Source of the DNA: Lama guanicoe
Lineage: Eukaryota
NCBI GenBank assembly: GCA_013239625.1
Contig: MU053136.1
Location: forward strand, 266,017-330,016
DNA length: 64,000 nucleotides
Direction: 5' to 3'
The notes beneath the pieces are model-generated. The model saw nothing but the letters and a program-made list of their open reading frames with translations, had not been told where the DNA came from and made no database searches. The position numbers and the translations under genes were made by a program. Below are positions 26,707 through 38,825 of the stretch, piece after piece (position 1 is the first letter of the stretch; the number at the start of each line of letters is the position of its first letter).

Positions 26707-27775
26707 TGCTGTTGTACTCTGCGCGGCCTCTGCTGTTTCCTGGGGAAGAGGCAGCACTGAGAGACAGACATTCACAGCGTAACAGGCAGTCTGAGCCACT
26801 CTCTATTACCAGAAAAGGATTTAAATTGTAACCTGTTCTTACCAAAGAACTAAGGAAAAAATGAGGACAGAGTCAGAACCAGAGTTTCAAAATATTCTCA
26901 TCTGTTAAATTAAGAGTGTCTCCCATAGAAAAGCAGTGGAGGCCCCACAGGGCAAGTACAAAACAGAATTAAAACTCCCAAGGGTCTTGTCTTTACAAAA
27001 GAAAAGGCAGGAGGCAGCCCCTGGACAGCTGGTCATGCTGGCCGCTCCGGTTGGACCACGTTGCATAATCCTCAGTCGCATCGTCACAACGTCTCTGAGC
27101 GTTTTGATGGGGGGAGAAGGGGCAGTGTAGTGTGTATGGGAGGCGAGACCCGGAGGGCTCTCTTTGCCCCCTTACCCCCTTTTTATATCCCAGAGGAAAG
27201 TAGAGGGAAGCTGGCTACACCTTGAAATGAGGCTATGTGTTTCAAACCTGGGGACAGGGGTAAAAGGGGATCTGTGCTTTGAGCAACCTGAGCCAGAGGC
27301 AGAGGGGTGTTGTAGGGGTGAGGGGAGGATGCATGATGCTTATTGCTTTGTACCTTTCACTGGGAAGGAGGGCAGCAGCCAACAGAAGCTCACAGGTTTG
27401 TAAACTGAGCCTGCTGGCTTCAAGAAGGGAGGCAATGAAGTCGAATTAAATATAAAAGAGTCATTTGTGCAAAAATAACTTAAACAAATAAAAGACCTGG
27501 GGAAGGGGGTGTTCCCCTTAGCCTGGTGGGGAGAGGGCCATATACCACCCCCCCAGGCCTTTTCAGTGACATGGCTTTGGGGGGGAGGGGGTGAGCTTCC
27601 CTACCCCCTGCAATGGCTCAGGATGGGATTGTGGGAGAAGGGGTTGCATTTGTGCTCCGAGTGGGGAGTAGTGCCCCCACCCACTGTCCACAGGTGCAGG
27701 TGGCTGGCAGGGGCTCCCAAGGCTCAGCACTCAGCTCTCCCCAATCAGGGTCAGATCCAGCTCCAGGTATGGCTG

Positions 27776-30700
27776 CTATGGGGCCAGTTTCCTCCTCTTG
27801 TTTTTGGCAGGACGGCCAGGGCGGGCCCGGGGAGGCAGAGGGACAGCCGCCTATACAGGAGGGGAAGTTGAAAGAAGTGATCAAACAGCTAGGCATCAAG
27901 AAGTCCTTTATTTTCTCCCCTCTCCCTCTAACCTTCTTCTCCTCTTGCCTCATCCCTTTTATACACTCCTACCCACCACGGTCACCCACATGGCGATGCA
28001 CACTTACTCGGGTTGTGGGGCTGGGGTCCAAGGTAACGTCCTGGCGGGAGCTGTTGCTGTTCCGAGTAGGGCTGCAACAAGGGCACAGATAATCAGGAAC
28101 ACCTTTCTGAGCATCAGGTGAATTTCAGAGTTGGAGTGGGAAACTTTCTCCATTTGGATAGTAACGGCATAATATCCTGATTCACACTCAAGTTAGTATC
28201 TGCCTTTTTGAAACCCAAGTCCCTCTTCAGGTATTTCTATAAACGCAACAAGAAGTAGGGAAAGGCCAGGATTGTGGTAGGCCCCATACTCACTTGTATT
28301 TTCTCCTCCGGCCACGACGAGACTTTCTGACTACCCCTGGGGGCACCTGAAAAAAGATGGACTCTGTGTGTAGGAAAAGGCACCCTGGCCTCAGCCTTTC
28401 CTTAGAGCCCTTGTGCCTGGACCTCCATCACTCTGCACTCACCTTAAGGTCCTCAGAATGGGGCCCAGGAGGGGATGGATCCTTGGGCTCAGCACCCCCT
28501 TCAGCCAGCTCCCCATTATGCTGCCAGTGGTGGGTCCTTCTTGGGGACCGTTCCATTTGTCCATTGAAGCCACCACGTGCCCCCCACTTGAGGGCCAGTC
28601 GGCCAGGCTCCCGCCGGCTGCCAGGCTTTCGGCCCCGGCCTGGCCTGGCCTCACCATTAATGCCCCTAAGTCCGCCTCCTCCCCTCCGGCCCCGTTTCCC
28701 TGACCCCCTCCCAGTGAGCAGCTCAGGGACTGGGGGGTCGGGAGAACCGTGGGGTGGGGCTAAGGCACTGAGGGGAGGCCGGGCAGGCTCCGGTTCAAGG
28801 GCTGAGGTGGGGCTCTCAGGGGGCAGACAGGGGGCTTCTGGCTGCTCTGGAGGGATCTGCAGGCAAAAAGGAAAATGTTGGTCAGTCTCAAACATGAGCC
28901 CTTTGCTACTATAACTCAAAACGTCTACATTTCCAGTTTGGGAAAAAATTCTCTTCCTAACAAGCACCCACCCACACGCTCACCTGGAGACTCTGTAGCA
29001 GGCAGGCTAGGGGACTAGAAGCCTCTGAGAGGGGTGGAGGAGCTGCCCCCCCAGGGAGGAGCTGCAGTCCCAACTGGCCAGAGAGAAGAGGACCAGGAGG
29101 CTGCAACAGACTGGGGAGGGTTCCAGGGCTGCTGGTCAGCGAAGACAAGTCACCTGTTGGGGAATTACAAAGTCAGGGGTCTCCCTAGGCACACCAAGTA
29201 GGCTTTACCCAGTGGTCAAAAGGCTTTCTTCCCCAATTTCTACTCCCAACTTTGCCTGCTTCCTTTCTTCTTTGCCATACCAAAGTCTTCCCTCAGACTC
29301 ACCCAGCAGGCTGGCACTCAGCAGAGGGCTAAGGAGTTGGGGGGGTCTCCCTGAGTTGGAGGGGGCCTTGCCCAGAGAGGAGGCCCCCGGGTCAGTAGTT
29401 GCCGTGGTGACACTGGAGGTAGGTGGTCCAGGTTGGGGGGCACTCAGGACACAGGGCTAAGGAAAAAGAATGGTTATAACACTTACATGTGTAAAGCAGT
29501 CAATAAATTTATAGAATTTACACACAGTCTCACTGAAGCCTCACGTGAAGTCGACCAGGTTTATTAAATACAGACCCACTTCTTGCAGCCATCCTGCCCC
29601 CAGCTAAGAAATAAGCCCTCCCCAAAGGCCCTAAGGAAGAGCTCAGATGTGAAACAAAGCCTTTGATTCCCAGCTCCCATTTCTGATTCTACCTCTTGTT
29701 CTAACCCACCCACTCATCCACTATCCTCACCTGGGGGGGTGTCCCCGAGGGGGGATCCAGGCTGGCAGCCAGCAGCGCAGAATTTAAAGCTATGAGGGTG
29801 GGGGGGGCTGAAAGTGGGGGGAACAGTAGAGGGGGCAGGTCTCCCAAACCTGAAAATGTGTCCCCACTTGGACCCCCGGCTCCCTCTGTAGATCCCTCCC
29901 CATCCCCAGCTGTGGGGCCCAGGGCCAACAGGGGTAGGAAAGAGGCAAGGAGGTTGCTAGGAGGTGCAGAAGGGGGTGGAAGAAGGTCTGAGGGGGCTGG
30001 TGGAAGCAGGGATGCCACCAAAAGCGAAGGCCCTTCGGGCTCGCCTGGGGCTAGGGGAGGGCCAGGTCCCCCTGGTGGGGGTAGCAGGGGCTCAGGGGGA
30101 GGTTGTCCACCTCCCCCAGCCAGCACGCCAAATAAACTGTGGCTGAGCAAAGGAGAAGGTGGAGGTTGACCCAGACTCAGAGGGAGAGGCAAGGCCCCTA
30201 GCATCCCTGGGAAGCCGGCTCCACTCAGCGCCAGGCCCTGCTCAGGGCTGGGGAAAGGGAAAGCCTCCCCACCAGCCAGGGGAGGCAGAGGGCAGGCTGG
30301 GCCCGCCCCCATCCCGAGCCCTTCGGTTGGGCTTTGAAGCACAGGGCTGGGGACTAGGGGGGCTTTGGAGGCAGCTGGTGGGGCAGGGGCACCTGGAAAG
30401 GAAAAGAGAGGTTCAGCTCAAAGATTGCCCTTTCTCCCAGCATCCAACCTCCCTGCCCCCAACCCAGAAAACCTCCACAGAGCTCTCTAAATTCTCCCCA
30501 GAAGTGCCCTGGCTGCCTCTTTCCAGCCAGCAGAGGAAGAGCTGTACCACACTCACATACCTGGCACACTGCTGAGGCTGCCACTGGTGGTCCCAGGCAG
30601 GGAGGGTGGGATGGGGTGCCTGGGCTGGGGAGGGCTCCCTGAGGAGAGGGTTGGGGGAGGAGGAAGGTGTGCATCTGACCCCAAAAGGTTAAAGCTTCCA

Positions 30701-32637
30701 TCAGAGTGGGAAGGGCCAGGGGTGGGAAGTCCCAGCAGGGACAGCACAGAAGGGAGAATTGGTTGGGATGGCTCAGGGAGAGGAAAGGGTTGGGGGGCAG
30801 GAGCAGGGGCCCGAGGACGGCTCCGTCTAGGGGCTTGAGGGCCTCCCCCTTCTAGCAAACGCAATACAGTTGGGGGTCGGCGGGGACGACGCTGAGAGGG
30901 ACGGGGTGATGAGGAGTGGGAAGCTGAGGGCGCCTGGGCACGGGGCCTTCGGCCCTGTAAAGTGCTGGGAGAGGGGAGCGGGGGGTGCTGTGCCTTGGCC
31001 GCTGCAGAGAGTAGGCTGCTAGCAAGGAAGGGGGGTGCCCCAGGCCCCTCCACCGTGGGGACCCCTCCCAGGGGCCCCAGGACCAGGGGCAGGTGCATAG
31101 TGGCTGAAGACACTGGTGGCTGAGTGGCAGGACCAGGGGGAGCTGGGGGACCAGGGAGATTATTGCTTGGGGGCAGGGGAGAGGGTGTTAAGGCATCACT
31201 ACAGTGGAAGAGAGGAGGGTCAGAAGGTGGTGAGGAGGAGACATGGGGGGCTGGAGGAGAACCCAAGTCAGGGGGCACCAGGCTGGATCGGAGGGCAGCT
31301 CCCCAGCTGTATGAGGGGGCATTGAGGCTGATAGCAGGTGGAGGAGGTGGAGCTGGAGAGGGGGCATTGCCTCTTGGGAGGAAACAGGGGCTGCTGCTGC
31401 CTCCAGAGGGGACTGGGTCAGGAAGCCTTGGCTGTGGGAAGAGCCCCCCAGGGCCTGTTAGAGGGGAGGGGAAGGCCTGTGGAACTGAGGGTGGTTCTGG
31501 GGGAAGGGAGCCAGGACCCCCATTAAGTGGAGTTGTAGGAGGGACTCGACACGGAGGGCGGACAGAGGGAGGCCCTGGGGACACAGTGTGGAACATTTGG
31601 GGGCTCGCTCCCTCTCCTGCAATAAATGAGAAAAGAAGGATCAACCTGTGGTTCCCCTTCCAGGAACTTTCTTTTGTTTTCTCCATCCCTTCTCCCATGA
31701 ATTCCCAGCCTCCCTGTGCCCGCCTCTCACCAAGCAGCTCCCCACTCCACCCTTCTTTTGCTCCCTCTCACAGAGCTCCTCCCACCATCCCTCTTCCAGG
31801 CCCTTAAGTTTTCCTCAGTCTTCCATAGAGTGGAGAAAACTCACCAGGAGAAGAGTGTGAGCAGGTGGTCTCCATGCTGCGGTATAGAGTTGCCATGGCA
31901 ACGGCTTTCCGCCGGTGGTTGCACAGCTTGGTCATGTCCTCCTCTGATGTTGGCCCCACCCCAGCCCCACCCAGGGTCACCGGGGCCAAAGGGTCAAAGT
32001 TGAAAACCTGTAAGGTAGAAGGCATAGACAGGGACCCTGAAGAGGTGGAATCTCTGAGAAGGGCTGCCACAGTCAGTGATTTGCATTAAGTCTCTCAGCT
32101 TATCCCTGTACTCTGGCACTGCTCATCACTCTGACCTTGGGGACATTGAGTGGACACTCCAGACCGCACTTGCAGGTCCCATCGCTGAGGAGGTAGCTCC
32201 GGGTTTGCTCCAAGGAAGACAGCTCTGTGCCACTTGGGCTGGGAGAGGACAGGATCAGAGAGTATGGATCACTGAATTGGGAGACACTCTTAAAGGACAG
32301 TTCATTAGTCAAAGACCTTCCTAGGAAAGCAGAGAGTAGGGAAGAGACAAGGAGAACAGATTCAAAGAGCCTGAGATAGAGCAAAAAGGCTGAGGGAGGA
32401 AAACAGACAGAAGAGAGGAATAGGGCACTAGAGATATGGCATTTGAGAGGACAGGTGGGAGAGAAATAACTTAGGCAACTGAAGCGCCTGGGGATAGAAA
32501 CTGGGGAACTCTGGGGAGCTGTACCTGATATAGAGCACAGCACCCTCTCGAACACAGCGCTGCCAGCCGATGGGGACAGATGTGGCCACAGGGCCCCCAG
32601 CTCTGTCTGCTCCACTGCTCTCATTGCCCCCATTCAT
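27776..32637 (-). CDS. MBD6: Methyl-CpG-binding domain protein 6, 1008 aa
   Basis: Exons (-): 32637-32525, 32238-32136, 32007-31845, 31616-30561, 30392-29731, 29456-29303, 29153-28984, 28856-28443, 28346-28294, 28071-28008, 27850-27776. Sum 3027 nt in frame. MBD N-terminus ([21 protein letters not shown]), Pro-rich middle, ends ...KNKRRKLAP*. Confidence 0.94.
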
Positions 32638-32838
32638 TGTGTGTAATCAGCTCCCACGTGCCTGATAACACAGACATCCATGTGGGCATTAGGAGGATTA
32701 AACTGGGCTGGGTACCTGAGGGAATACTCCAGAAAGGCAAAGGTTGTGGGGAGACCCAAGAGAACTTGGGGGCAAGATGAAACCCTCAGCTGAGAGCGAG
32801 AATGAGGAAGAAACCCTCTGCCATCCCACCATGGCTAC

Positions 32839-32902
32839 CTGAACATCTCTGCAAACATTGTGGGGTCCAGTCTAAGGCCGGGGCCGCCGGCTTAGCCCAC
32901 AC
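32839..32902 (-). other. MBD6: MBD6 5' UTR exon containing upstream ATGs
   Basis: tgttgcag acceptor, exon 32902-32839, CAG|gtagcc donor. The next acceptor (tatcag) opens the start-codon exon at 32661. Confidence 0.65.
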
Positions 32903-33838
32903 CTGCAACACAGAAGAGACAAGGGACCATAAGAAATCTGCCCAACCTAGGAGAGTACCACAGCCTAGGACACTCTCAAAGGAAAGATCCTTAATAATAT
33001 GAGGTCATTGCCCATTAAAGATCCCAGGAATCTGCCCACCGAGTCCACAACCATCTTTTTCATGTCCAGCCCCTAGGGACCAGAAGGTCAAAGCCTCAAC
33101 TCCCAGGGACCAAGGAATCACAGCCCAATCCCTAGACATAAAAGGGCAAGGCCCCTTTGTCCCATCGAGGACAGAAGCCTTCACCCAGGAGTGTGGGCTA
33201 ATTCCCATAACATCAGGCTACTAGGAAGTTTCCCAAAGTCTGACCCCGTTGTTCCCTTCCCCTCAGGAAGATCATATAAAATGTACAGATTGCCCCACAG
33301 GTCACCAGACAATTGCCCAACTGCCCGCTGGGGTGGTACCCCAGCGTAACTCCCCCCATGCCTGGCTCCATTTGACAATCACTGATCTAGTTCATTTGGG
33401 TCTTAAGGAAGGTTGGAATCACAGCTCTGTCTTCTCCTACGATTCTCAGAAGCTCCTGATTTTCCCCCAGCCTAAGACAAGGGGATTCAGCACCTCCTGT
33501 CCACTGACTTCAAATTAGTTCCAAGAGAGATTCTCCTGTGATATATGGGGACGTCCCACAAACCTGCAAATATCCTCCCCAACCTTACCATCGCTACCAC
33601 CCCACACCAGCGGCTTCTAAACTTTCCTCTCATAACAAGGCGCCCTGTCACCCAGCCTGCTTCCCTCAGCTTGGGGAGGAGGGGAAGGCGCACGAAGTAG
33701 GAAGGAACTTGGGGAGAGGGCGGGCGGAGGGTGGGCGAAGCATTGAGGGGAGGGAGGTGAAGAAGGCAAAAGTCCAGAGGTGAGAGAGAGAAAACGGTGG
33801 GGGCAGGTGAGGGCGGGGGAGTGGGGATGGGGCCAGGG

Positions 33839-33873
33839 NNNNNNNNNNNNNNNNNNNNNNNNNNNNNNNNNNN
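33839..33873. other. Assembly gap (N run)
   Basis: 35 N bases. Confidence 0.99.
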
Positions 33874-34247
33874 CAGGCCTGCGTCGCGGCCCAGAGGGTG
33901 AGTGGGAGGGAGTGGGAGGAGGGTCGGTGGAGCCCGAGCCTCCTGCGGTACGGCCCTGGCCGGTCCTAGCAGGAAGCGCCGCCGCCGCCGCCGCGGATCA
34001 CCGAGCGGCCTCCCGCGCATGCGCCATGGGGGCCAGGGGCAGCCCTGGGGATTCCGTTCCCAGAAGGCACCGCGCAGGCTGCTGCCGCCGCCGCCGTCGC
34101 TGCCGCCGCCACCGCCGCAGCCGCCGAGCGCCGCCGCCACTGCCCGGACGGGAGAGGGGCGGGGCCGGGCCCCCGCCCAGCGGGCAACGACGAGCCAACA
34201 GGAGGGGCCGCAGTGCGCATGCGGGAGCGCGCACACCCCTCCCCCTC

Positions 34248-34269
34248 NNNNNNNNNNNNNNNNNNNNNN
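34248..34269. other. Assembly gap (N run)
   Basis: 22 N bases. Confidence 0.99.
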
Positions 34270-35748
34270 CCCCACGCGGCCCCCCCACCCCCGCCTCCCG
34301 CGGAAGGATCCGAGCCTCTTCCCAGGCCACTGGTGGCCAATCCCAGCCCTCCCCGGGGAGGGGGCCCCCTCCGAAACCACAATCTGCTGGGGGAGCCAGG
34401 AATGCCAGGTCCGGGAGGAGCCGGCCCCAAAAGATGAAAGTCGCGACTTGCCCTGCCCCGCCTCAAAGGCTTCTCGGGTAGTGTGCTGGGACTTGACCCG
34501 CCTCCCCAGGTCAGCATGTCACAACACGATCTCGGCCTGTCAAGTCACATGACCTCTGGCTGTCACTGACAACCTGGCCGTGTCTTTGGGCCAGGCGAGA
34601 CCATCTGGTCCGTCCAACCTACCCCACCCCCATTTACAGAAGGAGAAATGGAGGTCTGGAGCAATGGTGCAGGCCTGGCTAAGGACCTGTCACCGTCACA
34701 CCACCGCCTATACCTGCCATCTAGCCACAACCGGCCTTGTGACAGTTTCTACTTAGGACAAATTCTGGCTCCCCCATGAGGGTATGACAGGATACCTAAC
34801 AGGCCACCACATGTTTTCTACCTAATGGCACTAGAAAAATACTTTGCATTTTACATGGTGCTTTTCACTTTCGTTCAAGCTGTCTCCAAGTTCATAGTTC
34901 TCTCATTTTACCTCCACAACTCATTATCTCTCATTTACGAACGAGACCGGTGAGGCAGGGAGAGATTAGGTGGCTGGCCTAGGAGCCCTGAGCAAGTGAG
35001 GGACAGCTGAGTCTAGAATGTGGGCTCCTGACAACCGAGTCCAAAGCAGTCGTGCGCTCAGGTGCACGCAGTGTTCCAGGCAACAAGGCTCTACTGTAGC
35101 CCAAGCACCTATAAGGCAGGCGGCCTGTGCTTGGCTCATCACAGCCGGCAGTCACAGGACTGGCTGATCTAGCAGTGAAAAGGGCGGGCCTGGTCTTCAG
35201 TGAAGGGCACGAAAGCACCACGGTGGGAAATGATAGGGAGAAATAGTGGGACTCGAGTCCACCCGGCAAAGAGGAGGAATTCTGGCATGCTGAAGGCTCA
35301 TCAGAAACATTACAAAGATAAAAGTCTAAGGGTGCTCTTCAGAGAGGAGCTGAAAATGACTATCAGGGGGATTCAAGTTCTTCGGCCCTTTTAGGGGGAG
35401 TCCGGGGCTAAAAGAGAAGATCCCTTTTAGAGGACTCGAGAAGATGCAAACAATCCTGGTGGACGAATGCAAATTTTCAAAGAAAAGAGGTTTAAAAGAC
35501 CTGTGTCCATTAGCTAGGAGCGAGGGGGCCAAAGAAAACGAGAGCTCCTTATGGAGGAAGTAAAACGCGGGCTAAGCCAGGTGGGCAGAACAAGAGCTCC
35601 TGAAGGAGACAAGCTACAGTAAGGCTTCACACCGCAGCCTAGGGGCAACCACAGTCGATAGCCGTTGGCGCTGTTGGGTGCCCGGAGCTGGCGCCCCGCC
35701 CTCTCTACCTCCCCTCCCCCCTCCAGCTCTCCCCTCCGCGCGCGCGCA

Positions 35749-35755
35749 TGACTCA
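35749..35755 (+). promoter_or_regulatory. AP-1 site TGACTCA of the DDIT3 promoter
   Basis: Perfect AP-1 consensus about 240 bp upstream of the inferred TSS (about 35986), the position known for CHOP. Confidence 0.75.
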
Positions 35756-35899
35756 CTCACCTCCTCCGCGAAGCCTCGTGACCCAAAGCCACTTCCGGGT
35801 CCAACACCAAGTCGACCCCCAAGCGGGAGGGAGCGGGGGGGGCGGTGCCACGGGGCTCCTGAGTGGCGGATGTAAGGAATGAGGCGGGGCCAACGCCGG

Positions 35900-35918
35900 C
35901 GTGCCGCTTTCCGATTGG
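35900..35918 (-). promoter_or_regulatory. ER stress response element (CCAAT-N9-GCACG) of the DDIT3 promoter
   Basis: Minus strand reads CCAAT CGGAAAGCG GCACG, the known CHOP ERSE layout (NF-Y with ATF6/XBP1). Confidence 0.85.
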
Positions 35919-36022
35919 TAGGCTTCTGGATCCGCCCCCGAGAGGAGGACAAGGCCACGTTAAAAGATCTCTGCTCCGAGCTACGGAGGTCAGAGGCTTG
36001 AGTCTAAGGCATAGGGTATACC

Positions 36023-38368
36023 ATGTTGAAGATGAGCGGGTGGCAGCGACAGAGCCAAAATCAGAGCCGGAACCTGAGGAGAGAGGCGAGTACTGATTCC
36101 CCCCTCTACCTTTTACCCTCCTATCCTCGCGACACCAGTTGTCCTCTCAAAGTTAGGGCATCCGCTCTTTAGGATGTGGCCCCACCTCCTCCACGATGAA
36201 GTTAAGTGACCGTCCGGGGGAGGGATGAGGAGAATCCTTTATTCTGAAGTGGTGCTCACAGACCCTTCTTCCTTCGCGCGACAGCATCACTCCATCCCTG
36301 CCCGAGTACAGGCCCTGCTCTATGCTGTTCGGCGAAGGGGCCGCAGCCGCCCTTGGGAGGTTTATTCTCGCGTTGCTGACCCAAGGTCTCCTAGTTAGGC
36401 CGGTCCGGTGGGAGGCGGGGCAGCAGGACACACCCCCGCGCCGAGAACCCGTGGCTCAGGCCGCTGCCGCCGTTTTGCCAACAGCGGCCCTACCCCACCC
36501 CTAATCCTCTTTCCGCCGCGTCTCAGGGCCTGTATGGCCACGTCAGTAACTTGGGCTTCTGGATTCTCCGCAGGACATTCATTCTGCACCCTTGCAGAGA
36601 ACAGAACCTTAAGGAGACTGACATAAGCTTTTGGGAAAAGGGTGTTGATGGACAGGTGGTGATGGGTTTTCCTTTTCCCGCAGAGGCCCCTGGGCCTCCT
36701 GCACAAGAGAGCATCCTGGATCTTTTAAGTATGGGAAGCCATTTGGGGTCTCCCCAGTGGATTGTCCTTCCCCTGGGATCGGTCCCTGCCTCTTTCTCCT
36801 TGTCCTGTCTCCATCTAATCTCCGTGTAACCATTGCATCAGGCTAGCCCCCTGCTTGGCTCCGCAGCCCTCTGGCCCGGGGCTCCACTGCTGATGAAAGC
36901 TACGTCCCACACACTGGAAGGCAAGGAGGGTCCCCCAGGGAGGACAGCCCTGCAGAGAAACACTCAGGACGATATTGCATCTACAGTCTCCAGGGATAGG
37001 CAGCTGCCTCTCTGCCTCTGGGCTTCGTTCTTTCCCTTTGAGGGATTGGAGAGAATTTATCCATTCATTCCTAACAAATACTTAACTAGCACCTACTATG
37101 AGCCATTCAGTTTGGGGCCCAGGATACATCCATGAACAAGAGAGGAAAAAAGCTCTGCTCTCACAGAGCTTACAGTGGGAAGAGTAGACTAAGCAAATAC
37201 TTAAGTGCCACGCAAAAAACTAAAGCACAGAAGGGTGGAGAATGCTGCGTGGAGGTTACAGTTTACATTGGGTGGTCAGGGATCCCCTCACTGAGGTGAC
37301 ATTTAAATTGAAAGACCTAAAAAGAGGCAAGGCAGTAAGCCATGCAAAAAGATATGTGGAAGAGCTTTCCAGGAGAAGGAACAGCAAGAGCAGAAGTCCC
37401 AAGGTGGGAGCCTGCATAGTATCTAGGGAATTGGAGGCTGGTTGGCTGGAATAGAGTGAGCAAGGGGGAGAGTGGAGAGTGGCCAGTGAGAAAAGCAGGG
37501 CAAGGAAAGAACAGACTGTGTCCGACCTTCTAAGCCATTTTAAGGACTTTAGCCTTTTACAGGTGTGAAATTAGAAGGTTTTGAACAGAGGAGTGACACG
37601 ACCTGGCTTAAGTTTTAACAGGCTCACTTTGGCGGCTGTTGTGAATAGACTCTGGGAAGGGTGGCAGGAGCAGAAACTGGGAGACCTGCAGTCAAGGGAC
37701 TTCTGCGTTGGTGAGAAGATTCTGGGGTTTTGAAGAATGAGTTTAGAAATTTTGCTGCCGATCTGGATTGGATTGTGGGGTGTCAGAGAGGAATTAAGGA
37801 CAATACCAAGGTTTTTGGCTCAAGCAACTAAAGCTGCTGTATACTGAAATGGGAAAGACTTTGGAAGGGGAAGATTAGCAGGAGTTTGTCTTTGGGCATG
37901 TTAAGTGTGAGACGCCTATTCAATATCCAAAAGGAGAATGGCAAGTAAGCAGCTAAGAGTTGGGAGGTCCAGGCTGGAAATACACATTTGGAGGATGTCA
38001 GTGTGGGAATGGAATTAGGAAAAGGCCACTTGATTTGTTTCCTCCCCTGTAGTCCAGTCCTTACCCTGGCAGGTTTGAACCCTGCCTTGAATTTAGAGAA
38101 AGCTGAGTTGGCCACGATTTTGCTATTATGTAATCAGTACTACAGATGTCAGCAACTAAAAATAAAGGAAGTCAGGCTCTTCTCTGTCCTTGGAAATGGC
38201 TACAGGGACCAATAACTATCCATACTCTATAGGACAGGATGTAAGAAGGACCAGTAGGAAGCGGAAGATAAAAGAACCTGCCCCTCCCTTCCAAAAATGG
38301 CTAACATTTGTCTTTGATCCCCACAGTGTTCCAGAAGGAAGTGTATCTTCATACATCATCACACCTGA
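36023..38368 (+). CDS. DDIT3: DDIT3 inhibitory upstream ORF, 34 aa (MLKMSGWQRQSQNQSRNLRRECSRRKCIFIHHHT*), split over exons 1 and 2
   Basis: 36023-36085 joined to 38327-38368. Exon 2 is 38327-38374. Matches the well-known CHOP uORF, including the IFI stall motif. Confidence 0.92.
37062..38010 (-). mobile_element. L2 LINE fragment in DDIT3 intron 1
   Basis: Starts with the reverse L2 3' tail (cattcattc...aaatacttaactagcacctactatg) and continues with L2-like purine-rich sequence. Confidence 0.7.
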
Positions 38369-38825
38369 AAGCAGGTAAACGTAACCGGCCCTTTCCCAAA
38401 ACCAACCTCTAAGAGATGCTGCTTAGGCTCTCTTCACTGGGACCCTAAGAAATTATGAAAACACCTAGAGAAGGTGGAAGAGGAGGGTTAGAATCTGAGC
38501 AGACTTTTGTTGTCAGGCTACATCCAGCCTCCTGGCCTGCCCCCAACAAAGTGACCAGATCACTATTCTTAGAGCATGTCATAATTCAAAGGTGGCTCTG
38601 AGTGAGCGGTCAGGTGAGGTCTCACCACACCACACCTCAGTTCCCATCAAGGCTAGACTGACCCAAAGGACTGTGTGCCCAAACTCCCCATACAGGAGGA
38701 GAAGGAAGCACAGATGGTCTGGAGATGACCAATGGAGTTCCCCAGGGGGGCTGAGGACTTTTACCAGGAACTCATAGGAATGTATCAAGTGCTGGGCAAA
38801 GCAAGGAGGGAATATCATTGCCGAT

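Larger units (their letters stand above)
33780..34560. promoter_or_regulatory. CpG island / MBD6 promoter and first exon, with GCC repeats, NRF1-type GCGCATGCG motifs and E-box GTCACATGAC (34544-34553)
   Basis: Very high GC and CpG content; motifs read directly; interrupted by N gaps. Confidence 0.75.

Noticed and set aside
29792..31807. Gly-rich plus-strand ORFs opposite MBD6
   Set aside because: Antisense shadows of Pro-rich coding exons.
33487..34552. Several 180-300-aa ORFs in the MBD6 CpG island
   Set aside because: They span N gaps and GCC repeats and look like compositional artefacts.
35890..35908. Second, plus-strand ERSE of the CHOP promoter
   Set aside because: Reads CCAAC-N9-CCGCT, so both the CCAAT box and the CCACG half are broken.
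37540..37620. Possible ortholog of human intronic miR-616
   Set aside because: Only L2-derived sequence resembling one arm is visible; I see no complementary arm forming a hairpin.
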